Positions 62,041-64,000 of a stretch of DNA of 64,000 nucleotides are shown piece by piece (the stretch's first letter is position 1; each line of letters opens with the position of its first letter). This stretch comes from Octopus sinensis (lineage: Eukaryota). The translations under genes were made by a program, and so were the position numbers. The stretch is taken from contig NC_043013.1 in the NCBI RefSeq assembly GCF_006345805.1, positions 27,404,001 through 27,468,000 of the forward strand, in the 5' to 3' direction. The notes beneath the pieces are model-generated. The model was not told the origin of the DNA, did no database searches, and saw only the letters and a program-made list of their open reading frames with translations.

Positions 62041-64000
62041 TTATAGTATTAAAATTCTGACTGACCTTTTTCTTCCCCATTGTATTTCTTTTCATGTTTT
62101 GAAGAAACCTTGTAAATTCCAATATTTGATGACTTTTAAATTGTTGTTAGTTAACTAGCTATGAAAGTGTGAATTTATTAACTCTTTACACTTTAGAAAC
62201 ATTAGTAAAACACTGTACAAAACAAGTTTCTATTTTTAATAATTCTTAACCATTGCTTTAACACTATATCCAGTGTTAACTCTAGGCTAGACACCTGTAC
62301 AAAAGCAGGTTAACATTCCTGTTATATATTTCAGTAAAATCAGAAAATTACACAGAACAAAATACATATACTTTACATTTAGTCTGATGGTCCAAAAAGA
62401 TTCTGAAGTCTCAGTGTCCCATGCATTTTTTCTTTATTCCTATCCTTATAGCTTGTACTTTCACAATAGACAAACAAAACATTCTATTATATTGCAGATT
62501 TAATATAGTTACATCAACTTGATTGATTTTTAACTGTGATATTTACTCCATAAGAGCAAGTTATACTAAGCAAATTCATTCCTTTACTTTTCAGATGCAA
62601 CATTTAACAATGTCCATTGCCCATTTATGAAAGTAATTTCCATTTCACCACATACTTGGTAAATGATAATCTTGTGTTAGTGATTATATTTTTCCAATTA
62701 ATATCTATGGACTAACAAAGTTATATGAAAGATGGTCCTGCCCATGCCAGCATGGCAAACATGTTAAATGATGATGGGAATATTTAATAGAACCTGTTTC
62801 AACCTATATATACCGAAATAAATCTGCAGTTCTGAGAACCCCTTTGTTGCTCCAAAGAACAAAGCATGCTTACATACACCACATTGTATGAAAAACTGCT
62901 GTCTAAGAAATTATCAGTCCAATTCTTCTAAAGTTGCTTGGCTTACACAAAGCAAGTTCTGAACAGTTAAAATATATATGCAACGTTGTATTCTGCACAA
63001 ATATATTAGTAAATAAAATGTGACTTGGGACCAGACTATAATATATCTAGCAAGATACAGGTTCCACTCTGTGCCAAAGTTCTGGTTAAACAGAGCTAAT
63101 GGGGACAACTCAACTTCAACAACAAAAATAGATTTGTGTATGTCTTGTTTTTTTTTAGTAATACCTAAAATTTGGTTTAGAACTGGATATATATATATAT
63201 ATCAATGGAACTGATACTATTTGAGCTATTATAGACATTTAGAATCCCTAAGTTTTCCCTTTAATACTAGTGAATATATTTATTTATCTTTATATTCTAT
63301 TAAATGTTTAGTCATTATTTAACTGTTTAGCAATTTTGCTTTAAAAAAAATTCATGTCAAATGTTTTGGCAATTTTCTAATTTTATATTATTTGTAGATT
63401 AAGCCTCAATATAAGCATAAATATTAACATATTTTAGTCATAATTGAAAAACTGCTTATTAAACCATATCTTTATAGGATATTGTCAGCAGTTTGATTTT
63501 AACATTTGAATTGTCTGTGAGTGCAAACTGGGTATATTTTTCATTATTATATTTTAGGATTGTCAATTAAAATCTTGACTGTTTTTGGCTTAATTTTTTT
63601 TTCTTCTGAATGAAAAGACCAATTTGTGTAATTTATCAAGTTGAATAATATGAATTCAACTTAAGCTTTACACAAAACTGTTCCTGTTGTATATAACCTT
63701 TTGTACAGATATGTAACATAGAGGTGCACTTTTTTTTTTTTTTGTTAATTACATCACATTCTTGAGAGAAAATTGGTAACTGAGAAGAAAGTTTTCTGTT
63801 CCTGCTTGTATAACAAATATTGCTGCTCTTCTCAGTTCAAATAAATCTAAGCTATCTTCCAATCTTTTTTTAGTGTTTATGTCTTGATCAATTTTACTTA
63901 CATATTTCATCCAGTATTCAATCAAACTATATTGTTTCAAAATTGAGCCATATTAATTGGCAACCATGAAGTAAAAGTAAGAATTTATATTTTTTCTTTT

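Noticed and set aside
63749-63940. Last exon of a convergent gene
   Set aside because: In-frame stop just upstream, no convincing acceptor, and no recognisable domain

Overview
AT-rich, repeat-dense eukaryotic DNA. The SINE/MITE complement looks like a coleoid cephalopod, most likely Octopus (inference from recognising the repeats, not from a search). I can support one complete protein-coding gene: a 10-exon DNAJA2-type Hsp40 co-chaperone on the + strand (ATG 34367 to TAA 61830; 1215-nt CDS, 404 aa). All introns are GT-AG with consistent phases, and the protein has an HPD motif, four zinc-finger repeats and a C-terminal CAHQ. It has a CCAAT/CRE/ETS proximal promoter, a heat-shock-element cluster about 1.5 kb upstream and an 18.5-kb first intron. 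The rest is mostly mobile-element debris: several SINE families, R4/Dong-like, RTE and CR1 LINE remnants, mariner, hAT, piggyBac-like, Merlin and Helitron/Helentron derivatives, and microsatellites. Most entries in the ORF track are spurious or TE-derived. The most unusual structures are a ~1.27-kb fold-back inverted duplication (24647-25917), a possible divergent heat-inducible promoter pointing towards it, a promoter-like motif cluster inside DNAJA2 intron 1, retroelements stacked on (TAA)n, and hammerhead-like motifs. I found no prokaryotic-type system and cannot demonstrate a new system from sequence alone. Repeat boundaries are approximate unless a TSD is quoted.
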